From the NCBI GenBank assembly GCA_963665775.2, contig CAXXTF010000002.1, positions 352,001-416,000 on the forward strand: DNA of 64,000 nucleotides. Direction: 5' to 3'. The notes beneath the pieces are model-generated. The model saw only the letters and a list, made by a program, of their open reading frames with translations, did no database searches and was not told the DNA's origin. Numbering within the stretch: the first letter of the stretch is position 1; each line of letters opens with the position of its first letter. This DNA comes from Dehalococcoidia bacterium (GTDB lineage: Bacteria; Chloroflexota; Dehalococcoidia; SM23-28-2; RBG-16-64-32). Shown here one piece after another: positions 1-8,662 of this stretch. The position numbers and the translations under genes are program-made.

Positions 1-149
1 TTCTCTGGCACTCCCCCTGCTTTGCGTAGCAAGCATGGTGCATGGGGATTTCGCTTCTTCTTTCTCTTACCGTTTCCTGGCCATCCTGTCGCCTGCCCGG
101 CTAGGCCGCAATGGGTCGACGGGAACCCACGACGGAGTCCGTCAGCCTA

Positions 150-229
150 CCGTAGACCTCCTCTTCCATCTGGCCAGCAACGCTGGCCAGGTGTTTAGCC
201 GGGATGAGCTGACGGACGCGGTCTGCTAG
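150..229 (+). pseudogene. Remnant of an OmpR/PhoB-type winged-helix (response regulator C-terminus)
   Basis: Translation DLLFHLASNAGQVFSRDELTDAVC resembles the Trans_reg_C consensus (LL..LA...G.V.SR..L...VW); no receiver domain, early stop. Confidence 0.55.
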
Positions 230-313
230 ACTGACTCCTAGAGTCTTTGAGGCGGATAAGATAGCGCCAGCGCTGGCTATCAGACCAGAGCCGGCTAATA
301 GAAGGAGCGTGGC

Positions 314-1492
314 ATGCGGAGCATGAGCCTGACGACGGCTGGCCTGGCCCTAGTTGCCGTGATCGGCGTGGTTGTGGTGGGGTTGGCGCTGGCCGTGTCC
401 CCGGCGCGGGGCCAGGACGACATCACCTACAACGTGACTATAGAGAACCTCACAGGCGGACAGCCCTTCACGCCGCCACTGGTCGTGGCGCACTCCGACC
501 AGATAGACCTCTTCAAGCTGGGCCTGGCGGCGACCGCTGAGCTGAAAGAGTTAGCCGAGAACGGCAACAACGATCCCCTTGTGGCCCTGTTCGGCGGCTC
601 CGATGCGGTCTTCGACATGGAGACCGGCACGGGACCCATCCTCCCCGGCGAGTCGGCTATCATCACCGTCGAGGCTCCGGAGGGAAGTCTGCTATCTGTG
701 GCCGCGATGCTCATCTGCACGAACGACGGCTTTACCGGCGTGGACTCCCGGCCGTTGCCTGCCAGCGGGTCGGACTCCATCGACGTTAACTCCTACGATG
801 CGGGCACGGAGCTGAACACCGAGGATTTCGCCCATATAGTTCCGCCTTGCCAGGCGCTGATCGGCGTCACTTCTGATGACGAAGGCACGGGCATGAGCGA
901 CCCGACGCTGGTCGAGGGCGGGTTCATCGCACCCCACATCGGAATCCTGGGCGGCACCGACCTGACCATGTTCGATCACGGCTGGACCGATCCGGTCGCC
1001 AGGATCACGGTCAACGTGATGCCTTCGCCACCCCCGGGGGGGGAGCCACCGGTGTTCAGCGCTGCTCGCTTTACCGGGACCGCCACCATCGATGGAGTTC
1101 CCCTGCCCGACAACCACCCGGGCATCGGCGCCCAGGTCAACGGAATCAACTGCGGAAGCGGATTGATCACCGGCGGCACCTACACCATTGACGTGGCCTC
1201 CGATCTCACAGGAAAGGAAGGGTGCGGCAAGCCAGGTGACACAGTAGTCTTCGTGGTCCTCGGAGAGGGCGATCCGGGCGGTCAGGAGTTCGACCAACAA
1301 GGAATCTGGGACAACACCAAAACGACCGAACTGAACCTGACACTCACCACGGAGCCAGGCGGGCTGCCCCCCACCGGTGGGCCTCCCGGTGGTGCCGATA
1401 GCGCCTCGCCTTTGGTTTATGTTCTCCTAGCGTTGGGCGGTCTGGCAGTACTGGTTGGCTCTGCTGGACTCTTCCGGCGCCTCAACCGGTAA
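314..1492 (+). CDS. Secreted, C-terminally membrane-anchored Spondin_N-domain protein
   Basis: Signal peptide; motifs YNVTIENLT..QPFTP, LAENG, MLICTNDGFTG, YDAGTELN; C-terminal LPPTGG plus TM helix and basic tail; RBS GAAGGAG. Confidence 0.8.
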   Translation: MRSMSLTTAGLALVAVIGVVVVGLALAVSPARGQDDITYNVTIENLTGGQPFTPPLVVAHSDQIDLFKLGLAATAELKELAENGNNDPLVALFGGSDAVFDMETGTGPILPGESAIITVEAPEGSLLSVAAMLICTNDGFTGVDSRPLPASGSDSIDVNSYDAGTELNTEDFAHIVPPCQALIGVTSDDEGTGMSDPTLVEGGFIAPHIGILGGTDLTMFDHGWTDPVARITVNVMPSPPPGGEPPVFSAARFTGTATIDGVPLPDNHPGIGAQVNGINCGSGLITGGTYTIDVASDLTGKEGCGKPGDTVVFVVLGEGDPGGQEFDQQGIWDNTKTTELNLTLTTEPGGLPPTGGPPGGADSASPLVYVLLALGGLAVLVGSAGLFRRLNR

Positions 1493-1508
1493 GCTCATAG
1501 CGTCTCCA

Positions 1509-1541
1509 GCTAAACGGGCCCCTTTGCCGGGCCCGTTTAGC
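1509..1541. terminator. Inverted repeat, probable terminator hairpin
   Basis: GCTAAACGGGCCC-7 nt-GGGCCCGTTTAGC just after the spondin stop. Confidence 0.6.
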
Positions 1542-1857
1542 ATGGTTCGGCTGTATCTGCCGGAGCGTCGAGCCACCCTTCGGCGTCCCACAGGCGGGCC
1601 TCGGCGGCCTCCAGCTCGCCGCCAAACAGTGACGCCCAGGCAACCCAAACGCTGAGCACGGGCCTAGGAGGGGCAAGCTCGTCTGGTAGCGTCTTCAACC
1701 AGCCAGACAACGTAGCTTCCTGTCCACCGGTGAACATCGATGGCGCTGCCAGCTCGACTAGGGCCGCCGCTCGCTCGAATTCCTTGGCGACAAGAGCATG
1801 GCGGACTGCATCGGCCCGCAGACCATTTGCTCGTACCACCCGCTCGCCCGACGACAA
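1537..1857 (-). pseudogene. Internal fragment of a MalT/LuxR-family ATP-dependent regulator
   Basis: AVRHALVAKEFERAAALVE..GQEATLSGWLKTLPDE..RPVL resembles the TPR-like region of MalT-like regulators; both ends missing. Confidence 0.6.
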
Positions 1858-2031
1858 TGTCTATCGGCAAGACGGGTAGACGCATCGAGTGGCCCCACAG
1901 AAACGGCAGCTTACATTGCTGCCTACATGCGGACAGGCTGCGGCGGGGTGAGCAGCGACACTATGCAGACTTAGTGTTGGTCGCCCAACCGTCTGATAAG
2001 GCCCTCGGTGACATGAACGAAGGGTATTTGG

Positions 2032-2577
2032 CTAATCTCTGCTGGCGCGGCGCGCTGCCTGCTCGTTGTCCCGTTGGACACTGCCGAAGCGAGTTAGTTC
2101 GTGTCTGAGGTCGAGGGGGGCCACCACGGCGCGGCTATCGAATTCGCCCCATCGGTCCCGGGGAACCATCCACATTACCTCGAACTCATTGCCATCGGGA
2201 TCGCGCCCATAGAGCGACTTGGTAGCCCCGTGATCGCTCTGGCCAGTGAGCGCACCTAGATCGGCCAGCAGGGAGGCAGCCTCGGCCAGATCCTCAATCT
2301 TGGCCACTTCCCAGGCCAGATGGTAGAGTCCGGTAGATCCGGGCGCCGGCTGCGCGGCCGTCGGTCCCACCTCCAGAAGCCCAAGGTCATGGTGGTTGCT
2401 GAATCCGCGGGAGCGCAGGAAGGCCATCTTCCCCGCTTCGCGGGCGATCTCTTGGAATCCGAAGGCTAGCTGGTAGAATTCCACCGACCGGTTCAGGTCC
2501 CGAACGTATAGGACGGCGTGATTCAATCGCGTAACCCGAACGAAAGTGGCGGACTCCTTGGTGTCCAAGTCACTCAT
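2032..2577 (-). CDS. VOC/glyoxalase family protein (catechol 2,3-dioxygenase-like)
   Basis: LNHAVLYVRDL..S..FY, HHDLGL, GLYHLAW, SLYGRDPDGNEFEV. Confidence 0.85.
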   Translation of the reverse strand: MSDLDTKESATFVRVTRLNHAVLYVRDLNRSVEFYQLAFGFQEIAREAGKMAFLRSRGFSNHHDLGLLEVGPTAAQPAPGSTGLYHLAWEVAKIEDLAEAASLLADLGALTGQSDHGATKSLYGRDPDGNEFEVMWMVPRDRWGEFDSRAVVAPLDLRHELTRFGSVQRDNEQAARRASRD

Positions 2578-2589
2578 AATATGCTCCTT

Positions 2590-3471
2590 TCAGATTCGGC
2601 CCTTCCATATCCCCACTGGTTTGAACTGCATTGGCACATCCACAAGGATGAGCTCGCTCCGATTAACCGCACGGATGCGAAGATCGGGTTCGTCCGTCAC
2701 CTTGGCCGCGTCGCCAGTATGCAGGTGCTCTTCGAAGAACCGGGCCGCGCCATTGATCAGATATGCATACACGCCACGGCGGGCGCCAATCTCGTGCGCG
2801 ACCTCAACGCCAGGCTCCAGCGAAGCGATGTGGACGGACGCGTCCTGATGAAGCTGGACACTGTCGCCTCCTTCGGGACCGATGACCTTCAGGAGCCTGT
2901 TGGTGCGGTCTTCGAGCGTAAAGACACGCTGCTCGACTCCTGGCTTGAGGTCAGGTGTGTCTGGGAGGATCCAAATCTGGACGAATCGCATCGGTTCGTC
3001 TTTCGACGCGTTCTGCTCGGAGTGGAGCGCCCCTGAGCCCAGCGTCATGCGTTGCACCGACCCGGCCGGTAGTGGTCCATATGAGCCTCCGACGTTGTCC
3101 TCGTGTCCGAACGTGCCTTCCACGACATAGGTGAGCCCTTCGACGTCGCGGTGTGGGTGAAGCGGCCAGGTGGCACCGGGGGTCAGGCGGTCGTCGTTGA
3201 ATACGCGCATCGCCCCGAAGCTTTCATTCTCGGGATCGTTGTACGTCTCAAACGAAAAGTGCCAGCGGGCGTGATACCAGTCGCCCACGACTTCGTAGAT
3301 TTCACTATTGCGACGAACTCTGATCACCGCGATCTCCCTTCCACCGTCCAGATCCGACGGACCCTGAAGGGCGGCGTGGTCCTCCCCCTCAAGCCCGTGC
3401 CGCCACGCTAGTGAGAAAGGATTATAGTACTCCCTTCCGCGCCTCGCAATGAGGGTCGGAATTGGCCACAA
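2590..3471 (-). CDS. Pirin family protein (true start probably later, near IAVIRVRR)
   Basis: HFSF..Y.DP, RVFNDD, HPHRDVE, H.DN.G, MT.GSG..HSEQN, QIWILP. Confidence 0.85.
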   Translation of the reverse strand: MWPIPTLIARRGREYYNPFSLAWRHGLEGEDHAALQGPSDLDGGREIAVIRVRRNSEIYEVVGDWYHARWHFSFETYNDPENESFGAMRVFNDDRLTPGATWPLHPHRDVEGLTYVVEGTFGHEDNVGGSYGPLPAGSVQRMTLGSGALHSEQNASKDEPMRFVQIWILPDTPDLKPGVEQRVFTLEDRTNRLLKVIGPEGGDSVQLHQDASVHIASLEPGVEVAHEIGARRGVYAYLINGAARFFEEHLHTGDAAKVTDEPDLRIRAVNRSELILVDVPMQFKPVGIWKGRI

Positions 3472-3572
3472 CCCAAACTCTTGGGTAAAGTTGTCTGCCT
3501 AACCACACAGCCCCGATTCGGGACGGATTGTACGGTTGCCTCAGCGTGGTCTTGCGTCAAGCTGATTCCACC

Positions 3573-3714
3573 GGATCTGTCAGATCTCAGGGCTTAGGCG
3601 CCGCCAGGAACGCGGTCCTGGCCTCACGACGCCCGCCCTCAGATTCGGAGGGCGTCGATTTCTCGCCCTCCAGCATGCCCCGATATGGCTCGAGCCCTGA
3701 GTTCTGACAGATCC
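3573..3714. mobile_element. 142-bp non-autonomous (MITE-like) IS6-type element
   Basis: Ends GGATCTGTCAGATCTCAGGGC and GCCCTGAGTTCTGACAGATCC closely match the IS6 IRs at 17401 and 20259; no transposase inside. Confidence 0.75.
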
Positions 3715-3715
3715 C

Positions 3716-4012
3716 TTTAGTCAGGGCTACGTCTCGTCCGAACTGCTGGTTGATAACGCTGATTACCGCACGGCCATCCGCGAGAAGATCGGCTCTGGCG
3801 CCCCCGGCTTCCAAGCTTTGTTCCCGGATGGCGGGATAGTGCCAGCCGACTATGAAGTCGTTTATGCGATCGTGGCCGAATGGGGCGATCGGACTCTTCG
3901 CGACCTCCCTTTCTTCAGCAAGATCAACCTTCGTAAGCATTCACGGAATCTGCGGCGACTGGGATTCAAGGTGACCCACGCTGCGGTGCAAGTTGTCAAT
4001 CCTGACCCATAG
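3716..4012 (+). pseudogene. C-terminal remnant of a DUF6119/TIGR04141-like protein
   Basis: FSQGYVSSELL...YEVVYAI...LPFFSKINL...LRRLGFKV; begins at the edge of the mini-element. Confidence 0.65.
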
Positions 4013-4348
4013 AAGCCAGAAAGACGGCGTCCGTAGGTTGACGAAATCTCGAACCACAGGTGTCAGCAGATCGAAAATATCCGCAGCGGTCAGGCCTGTG
4101 GGGTGCTAAAATTACATCCGTATCTGAAAACGTCATGCGGCCAGCCATTCGTACTCGTGATGTAGACCACTGTGGGGTGCCAAAACCTCATCCGTATCTG
4201 GAGATTCGGATCGGCCAGCCAAGGGATCTGGGTCTTAGATGGCCAGGAGCACCTGCGGAAGTGTCCAACTAGACTCCCTGCCCGGCAAGTAGGTGGTCCA
4301 GCGGCTGGCCTGTTACGTAGGGATAGGGTTTTGGATCCCCACAATGCT

Positions 4349-4489
4349 CTACGCCTTCCCGATGCGGGACATCTTGCCTCCGCAGACCGGGCAAGGCCCC
4401 TGGGTTGCTGGCCGTCCGTTCTTGAGGGTCACAGATTTGGCGTCGCGAATTTCTCTCATCGCCTTGCACACCAGGCAGTAACCCTGCGT
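4349..4489 (-). CDS. DUF5679-like small zinc-ribbon protein (46 aa) with ACG in place of ATG; possibly a pseudogene
   Basis: (T/M)QGYCLVCKAMREIRDAKSVTLKNGRPATQGPCPVCGGKMSRIGKA*; RBS AGGAGG; absent from the ORF track. Confidence 0.75.
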   Translation of the reverse strand, partial: TQGYCLVCKAMREIRDAKSVTLKNGRPATQGPCPVCGGKMSRIGKA

Positions 4490-4520
4490 GGCAGCCTCCT
4501 TTGGATGGATAGGTGGCCCA

Positions 4521-4548
4521 ATCATACGATGGCCAAGAGGGCTGTCAA
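4521..4548 (-). promoter_or_regulatory. Sigma70-type promoter of the DUF5679-like gene
   Basis: TTGACA-16 nt-TATGAT on the minus strand. Confidence 0.6.
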
Positions 4549-4694
4549 GGGCTAAGCACGGCGGGGTGCCAAGATGTCATCCGTGTCTGATGGGCTAGCC
4601 ACATCTTAGGCGCTCGCGGCCAAGAACCCGGAGGGTGTAAAGCGGTGGGCGCTCGAGCGGTGCCAGCGGAGCGAACGGTAAGAGTTCGCACTGG

Positions 4695-4853
4695 CTCGAG
4701 TTCGACTATGCCGTCGTGGTGGATACGGACAAGTTTAACGCGAAGGAGTTCTACGTTGCTTCGACTCGCGGCACGAGCGGATTAACTGTTCTATCACCAA
4801 GTCCCGTAGTGAGGTTCGACGGTGTCTCGAACACTTTGGAGGAGTACCCATAA
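4695..4853 (+). pseudogene. C-terminal remnant of an SF1 UvrD-like helicase (GajB-like)
   Basis: LEFDYAVVVDTDKFNAKEFYVASTRG..LTVLS, corresponding to SF1 motifs V and VI. Confidence 0.6.
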
Positions 4854-5099
4854 GTTGGTCCGCTGCTCCGATAACAGCTATCAACCATTGTGGGGTGCCA
4901 AATTGTTATCCGTATCTGAACGATGTCCTGGATATACCAGTTGCCCGCCGTTCACGTGGCTCGCATGCCACAGGTCGTGAGTGGCTCGACGAGGGTTCCA
5001 GGGCAAGGGGGCAAATGAACGGCGACTCCGGGATTCTAACTCCGGGAGTCTAGCGGCCAGCCGCCGATTCGCTGTGGCCAGCCCTTTACATCTGAGTGA

Positions 5100-5145
5100 T
5101 GGAGGGCCCGGTGGGATTCGAACCCACGACTCCCGGATTTAAAGT
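5100..5145 (-). repeat. tRNA-Lys 3' fragment, att-site copy 1
   Basis: Reverse complement ACTTTAAATCCGGGAGTCGTGGGTTCGAATCCCACCGGGCCCTCCA: T-arm, 3' acceptor strand and CCA; no 5' half. Confidence 0.8.
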
Positions 5146-5224
5146 TCGGGGGCTGCCCGCGCCTTGAGTTGTCCTCCTCTTAAATATGGGAGGTAACCAC
5201 TTCTTGCGTGCAGTTATGCGCTGT

Positions 5225-6076
5225 CTACCTCGGATTTAGGCTCCAATTCCCGTCAGCCCGGACATCCCAATAACAGGGTCCCTCGGCGAACGAGACGACC
5301 GTGCTGCCGGTGACAGCCCCGATTTCATTTTGGACGAGGTCAAACCCACCAAAGCAGAACAGCCAGACGATGAAGTTACGCGATCCGTCATGGGATACCT
5401 CCCACGGTGCCGCATTCGTACTTGAGGGTATGAAGAGCCCGCTTATCGCGTCTCCAGATCCACCGAAGCTGGACGATGTCACTATCCCTATGGGCTTAAT
5501 CGTAGCCGTCCAGGAACCATCAGCATTAATTTCCAGGAAGAATGGTTCAGCCCCCACGATTGCGCGAGTGCCCTGGTATCGACCGATCTCGTTGACGAGG
5601 AGGTCCTCTTCTCCGTTCTGAAAGACCTTGACGATGAAGTTGCTCGGCCCGGCGTGAGTAAAGGTTATGGTCGAGATCGCCGACGGTGGAGTTATCGGGT
5701 CCGTCACGACTTGGCCGACTCCCTGCAGGACTATCGGTGTCGGTGCCGGCGTAGGCACCGGCGTTGGCGTCGGACTAGCGGTTGGAGTTGCGGTCGGAGC
5801 GATTGTTGAAGTCGGCTCCGGTGTCCGAGTCGGGGTAGCGGCTGGCGTGGCACCAGGAGTGGGACTAGGTGTGGCAGTGGGTGTGGCTGTTGCGCCCCCG
5901 ACGATCCCGTCCGATTCGTCGTCTCCATCTCCGGAGCCCGCCGCGATCGAGATAATGACAATCCAGAGTAGCCCGGTGCCGACCGCGGCACTGATCTGAC
6001 CCCATCTGAATGGTATAAACCGCCGCCAGACGGGTAGCAGGACCGTCCACTCAAGGATCAGTCGGATGCGATCCAT
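5225..6076 (-). CDS. Membrane-anchored surface protein with Pro/Thr linker and two repeated beta domains
   Basis: N-terminal TM segment, PT-rich linker, duplicated H.G..NFIV...DL..NEIG...G unit. Confidence 0.7.
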   Translation of the reverse strand: MDRIRLILEWTVLLPVWRRFIPFRWGQISAAVGTGLLWIVIISIAAGSGDGDDESDGIVGGATATPTATPSPTPGATPAATPTRTPEPTSTIAPTATPTASPTPTPVPTPAPTPIVLQGVGQVVTDPITPPSAISTITFTHAGPSNFIVKVFQNGEEDLLVNEIGRYQGTRAIVGAEPFFLEINADGSWTATIKPIGIVTSSSFGGSGDAISGLFIPSSTNAAPWEVSHDGSRNFIVWLFCFGGFDLVQNEIGAVTGSTVVSFAEGPCYWDVRADGNWSLNPR

Positions 6077-6343
6077 CGCTAGAATCCTGCCTTTACTGGC
6101 CAGCTATGTCGGCGCTTCGTATTCACTCCGCTTCAGCTCCTCGATCCAGGTGGTCATGTCTGCCACCGACCTCATTGACTCTACGACTACCCACAGCATC
6201 TGATCCGGCGGTGGGTGCTTGGCAAGGTAATCAGCAAGGCAAACGACCTCACGCCGCTGGCAATGCGCCGAAAAGGTGGGTGCCTGATGGCGGATGTGAA
6301 AACAGCCGGGGAACCTCGGATCTATGATGGCTACCTTTACGAT

Positions 6344-6715
6344 TCATTCTGCATTTCTAGGGCGCTCTATCAAAGGGAGATTGACCGACTCGTCATCAGT
6401 AACGGTGAGGGTAGCGACCTGTTTGCCATCGATAAGGAGGTCAACGTGATTGTCACCCCATCGAACAAAAACCCTGATGATGCCCTCCGGGCTGGGAACG
6501 GCAGCGCTTATAGACCCAGTAAGGATTAGTTCTTCTTTATGAAGTACGTTCGCCAACTTGACCTGAATCGTTCCATCAGGAAGCTTCGTGGGCTGTGCGC
6601 TTACCTCCGCGTGGATACGGGTCGGAAACCAGTAGCTGCTCCCGTTCTTGTGCCAGTCTTGGTGCGGGTGCTGCAGCCCCAGCATGATCGTTCCTGTGTC
6701 TCTTACATCTGCCAT
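6344..6715 (-). CDS. Hypothetical protein (possible beta-sandwich fragment)
   Basis: 123-aa ORF ending with the pattern VFVRWGDNHVDLLIDGKQV. Confidence 0.35.
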   Translation of the reverse strand: MADVRDTGTIMLGLQHPHQDWHKNGSSYWFPTRIHAEVSAQPTKLPDGTIQVKLANVLHKEELILTGSISAAVPSPEGIIRVFVRWGDNHVDLLIDGKQVATLTVTDDESVNLPLIERPRNAE

Positions 6716-6894
6716 CGTAGCTCCCTCTCTGTTCAGGTACTTCCCCGCTTCTTGCGAAGCGTGCCCTTGCTATGGCCATCTGTCAATATTTTTGGCCATT
6801 TGGCCATAGAGGTAGGTGCCTGATGAACCGTCGTCAAGCGCAGGGCGCGGTGATGGGCGATAGAAAAGAAATGCGCCCGGTCTACGATGTTCCT

Positions 6895-6995
6895 TTCCCT
6901 TTGATGCTCAGCTTCGCGTTCCTTTAGCGGTCGCTCCGTAATTCCGCCGTGCTTGATCTTGTTGCCTTCTTTGAACTCGTATTTCCTATAGGTTC
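6895..6995 (-). pseudogene. Remnant of a small GIY-YIG-like nuclease
   Basis: KYEFKEGNKIKHGGITERPLKEREAEHQ fits Y..K.G....H.GIT....RE.EH. Confidence 0.45.
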
Positions 6996-7199
6996 TCGCC
7001 GGCCTGCATCCCCTGGCCCCGCGTGGAAGGCTTCCGGCCCGCCGTTGGTACACATGATAATTCTAGCGTCCTTCACTTGCCTATTGCCAGCCGTACCAGG
7101 CAAAGGTGGCAAACGAGCGGAGACCCCCGGATTCTCACTCCGGGAGTCTAGCCATCATTGGCAAGGACCACGGGGGGCCAGCCCGTTACATTTAAGTGA

Positions 7200-7246
7200 T
7201 GGAGGGCCCGGTGGGATTCGAACCCACGACTCCCGGATTAAAAGTC
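7200..7246 (-). repeat. tRNA-Lys(UUU) 3' fragment, att-site copy 2
   Basis: Reverse complement GACTTTTAATCCGGGAGTCGTGGGTTCGAATCCCACCGGGCCCTCCA, from the anticodon loop CT-TTT-AA to CCA; 40 nt identical to 5100-5139. Confidence 0.85.
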
Positions 7247-7254
7247 ACACTCTC

Positions 7255-7502
7255 AGGGCCTAATTGCTAAGGCCTCAGATTCGATAATCGGGGTGAAACT
7301 GGGGTAAGAACAGGGTGAAATCGGGACCTCGCTGAGGGGCCCAATTGCTAAAAGGCTGAAATTAAATCTGCGGTAAACTTGCGGTGAATCTTCGGCGGAT
7401 TTACGTGAGCGATCGCCTCCGCCGCGAGGGCCCTAATTGCTAAGGTAATTGTTAAGGCGCTAGATTCAGAATCTTCAGGATACCTTCAGGGAATCTTCAG
7501 GC
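7255..7502. repeat. Structured att-arm region: three GGGCC(C)(T)AATTGCTAA boxes, each followed by 11-bp-period repeats
   Basis: Boxes at about 7255, 7336 and 7427; the last is the tandem TAATTGCTAAGG-TAATTGTTAAGG. Confidence 0.75.
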
Positions 7503-8471
7503 TAATCGGGCATTCCCCAAGATCCGACTCTCCTCCGCTAGCCTCCCCTTCAAGCGATCTGCCGGGCTGAACAGGACGTGCGCCTGCGCCGCCTTCTCCG
7601 CATCGTAGGTCGCCGTGTAGCGCCGCAGCATCGCCGGCGTGGAGTGGCCAAGAAGCGTCTGAACGTCAATCTCCCTCGCTTGCTGCTCGATAGCCCAGGT
7701 GGCGAAGGTGTGGCGGAAGCGGTGCGGATGTACGTTGGTTAGAGAGGCCTTCTGGCCCAGCCTCTGGAAGATGGTCCGCAAGGCGGTCCGGCACAGGGAC
7801 TGTCCTCTGCATGTCAGAAATAGCCGCCCGGGGCCCCGGCCTCGAAATCCCTCCAGGTAGTGCTGGATGGCCCGGCGAGCCTCATCCCCAAACCGGACCA
7901 CTCGCTGTTTGTTCCCCTTCCCGTGACTGATGTGCATGCGCCCAGTCTCAAAGTCGACCTCTTCCAGATCAAGGTTACATAACTCGCTGGCCCTGAGGCC
8001 GGTGTCCAGCAGGACGAGGATGAGGGCCCGGTCTCTGGCCCCTTTGTGGGTCGAGGGATCGCACCAGGCGAGGAGGCGAAGGACATCCTCCTGGGAGAAC
8101 GGTCGAATCACCTTCTGAGGCACCTTGATGTTCTTCACCTTGGAGAACGGGTTCGTGGTGACGTAATCGTGACGCAGGAGCCAGGAGAAGAATGCCCTGG
8201 TCTCCCGCTGCCTCCGCCACTGGGTCATGGCGGAAACGCCAGTATCGGCCACGCACCCCAGGAACTGGTAGACGTGGGCAGCAGTGAAGGAGGCTGGATC
8301 CTCGGGTAGTCTCTTCTGCCCGATGACGTTCGTGAAGATCCCAAGGGACTCCCGATAAGACCGGATGGTCTCCTCCGACTTCCCCTCGATGCGACAGGAG
8401 GTGAGGTAGAGTTCGATGATCCCCGTCAGGTCCCGCTGGTGGCTGCCGTTGCCGTCGCCGTTTCTCTCCAT
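7497..8471 (-). CDS. Tyrosine recombinase/integrase (XerC/D-like fold)
   Basis: Catalytic set intact: TGLRASE, GKGNK, HPHRFRH, LLGH, RRY; likely ATG start at 8471 after GGGGAG. Confidence 0.92.
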   Translation of the reverse strand: MERNGDGNGSHQRDLTGIIELYLTSCRIEGKSEETIRSYRESLGIFTNVIGQKRLPEDPASFTAAHVYQFLGCVADTGVSAMTQWRRQRETRAFFSWLLRHDYVTTNPFSKVKNIKVPQKVIRPFSQEDVLRLLAWCDPSTHKGARDRALILVLLDTGLRASELCNLDLEEVDFETGRMHISHGKGNKQRVVRFGDEARRAIQHYLEGFRGRGPGRLFLTCRGQSLCRTALRTIFQRLGQKASLTNVHPHRFRHTFATWAIEQQAREIDVQTLLGHSTPAMLRRYTATYDAEKAAQAHVLFSPADRLKGRLAEESRILGNARLA

Positions 8472-8662
8472 GCTCTCCCCCACACTTAGATAAGAAGGCC
8501 GTGTTCCATTCATCACTCTGCTGCTGCGGGAAGTCAAGCGCCGTTGCAGAGAACGCGGGAGGAAACAGGAGCGAATCGGGCGGATAGGCCCAATTCAGGC
8601 TGCGGGAGAGGGGTCGGCACACACTAGAACGAGCGAGGTGCACACACAGGCGCGCTACCTTT

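Larger units (their letters stand above)
4097..4919. repeat. Cluster A of the ~31-bp motif TGTGGGGTGCCAAAAnnnCATCCGTATCTGA (5 copies)
   Basis: Copies at 4097-4127(+), 4171-4201(+), 4313-4343(-), 4560-4590(+), 4889-4919(+). Confidence 0.9.

Noticed and set aside
5100-7246. Two functional tRNA-Lys genes
   Set aside because: Only 3' halves are present; the D-arm and 5' acceptor strand are missing.
7497-8471. Integron integrase with attC cassettes
   Set aside because: No IntI-specific insertion is evident, and no RYYYAAC/GTTRRRY attC palindromes were seen; the context points to tRNA targeting.
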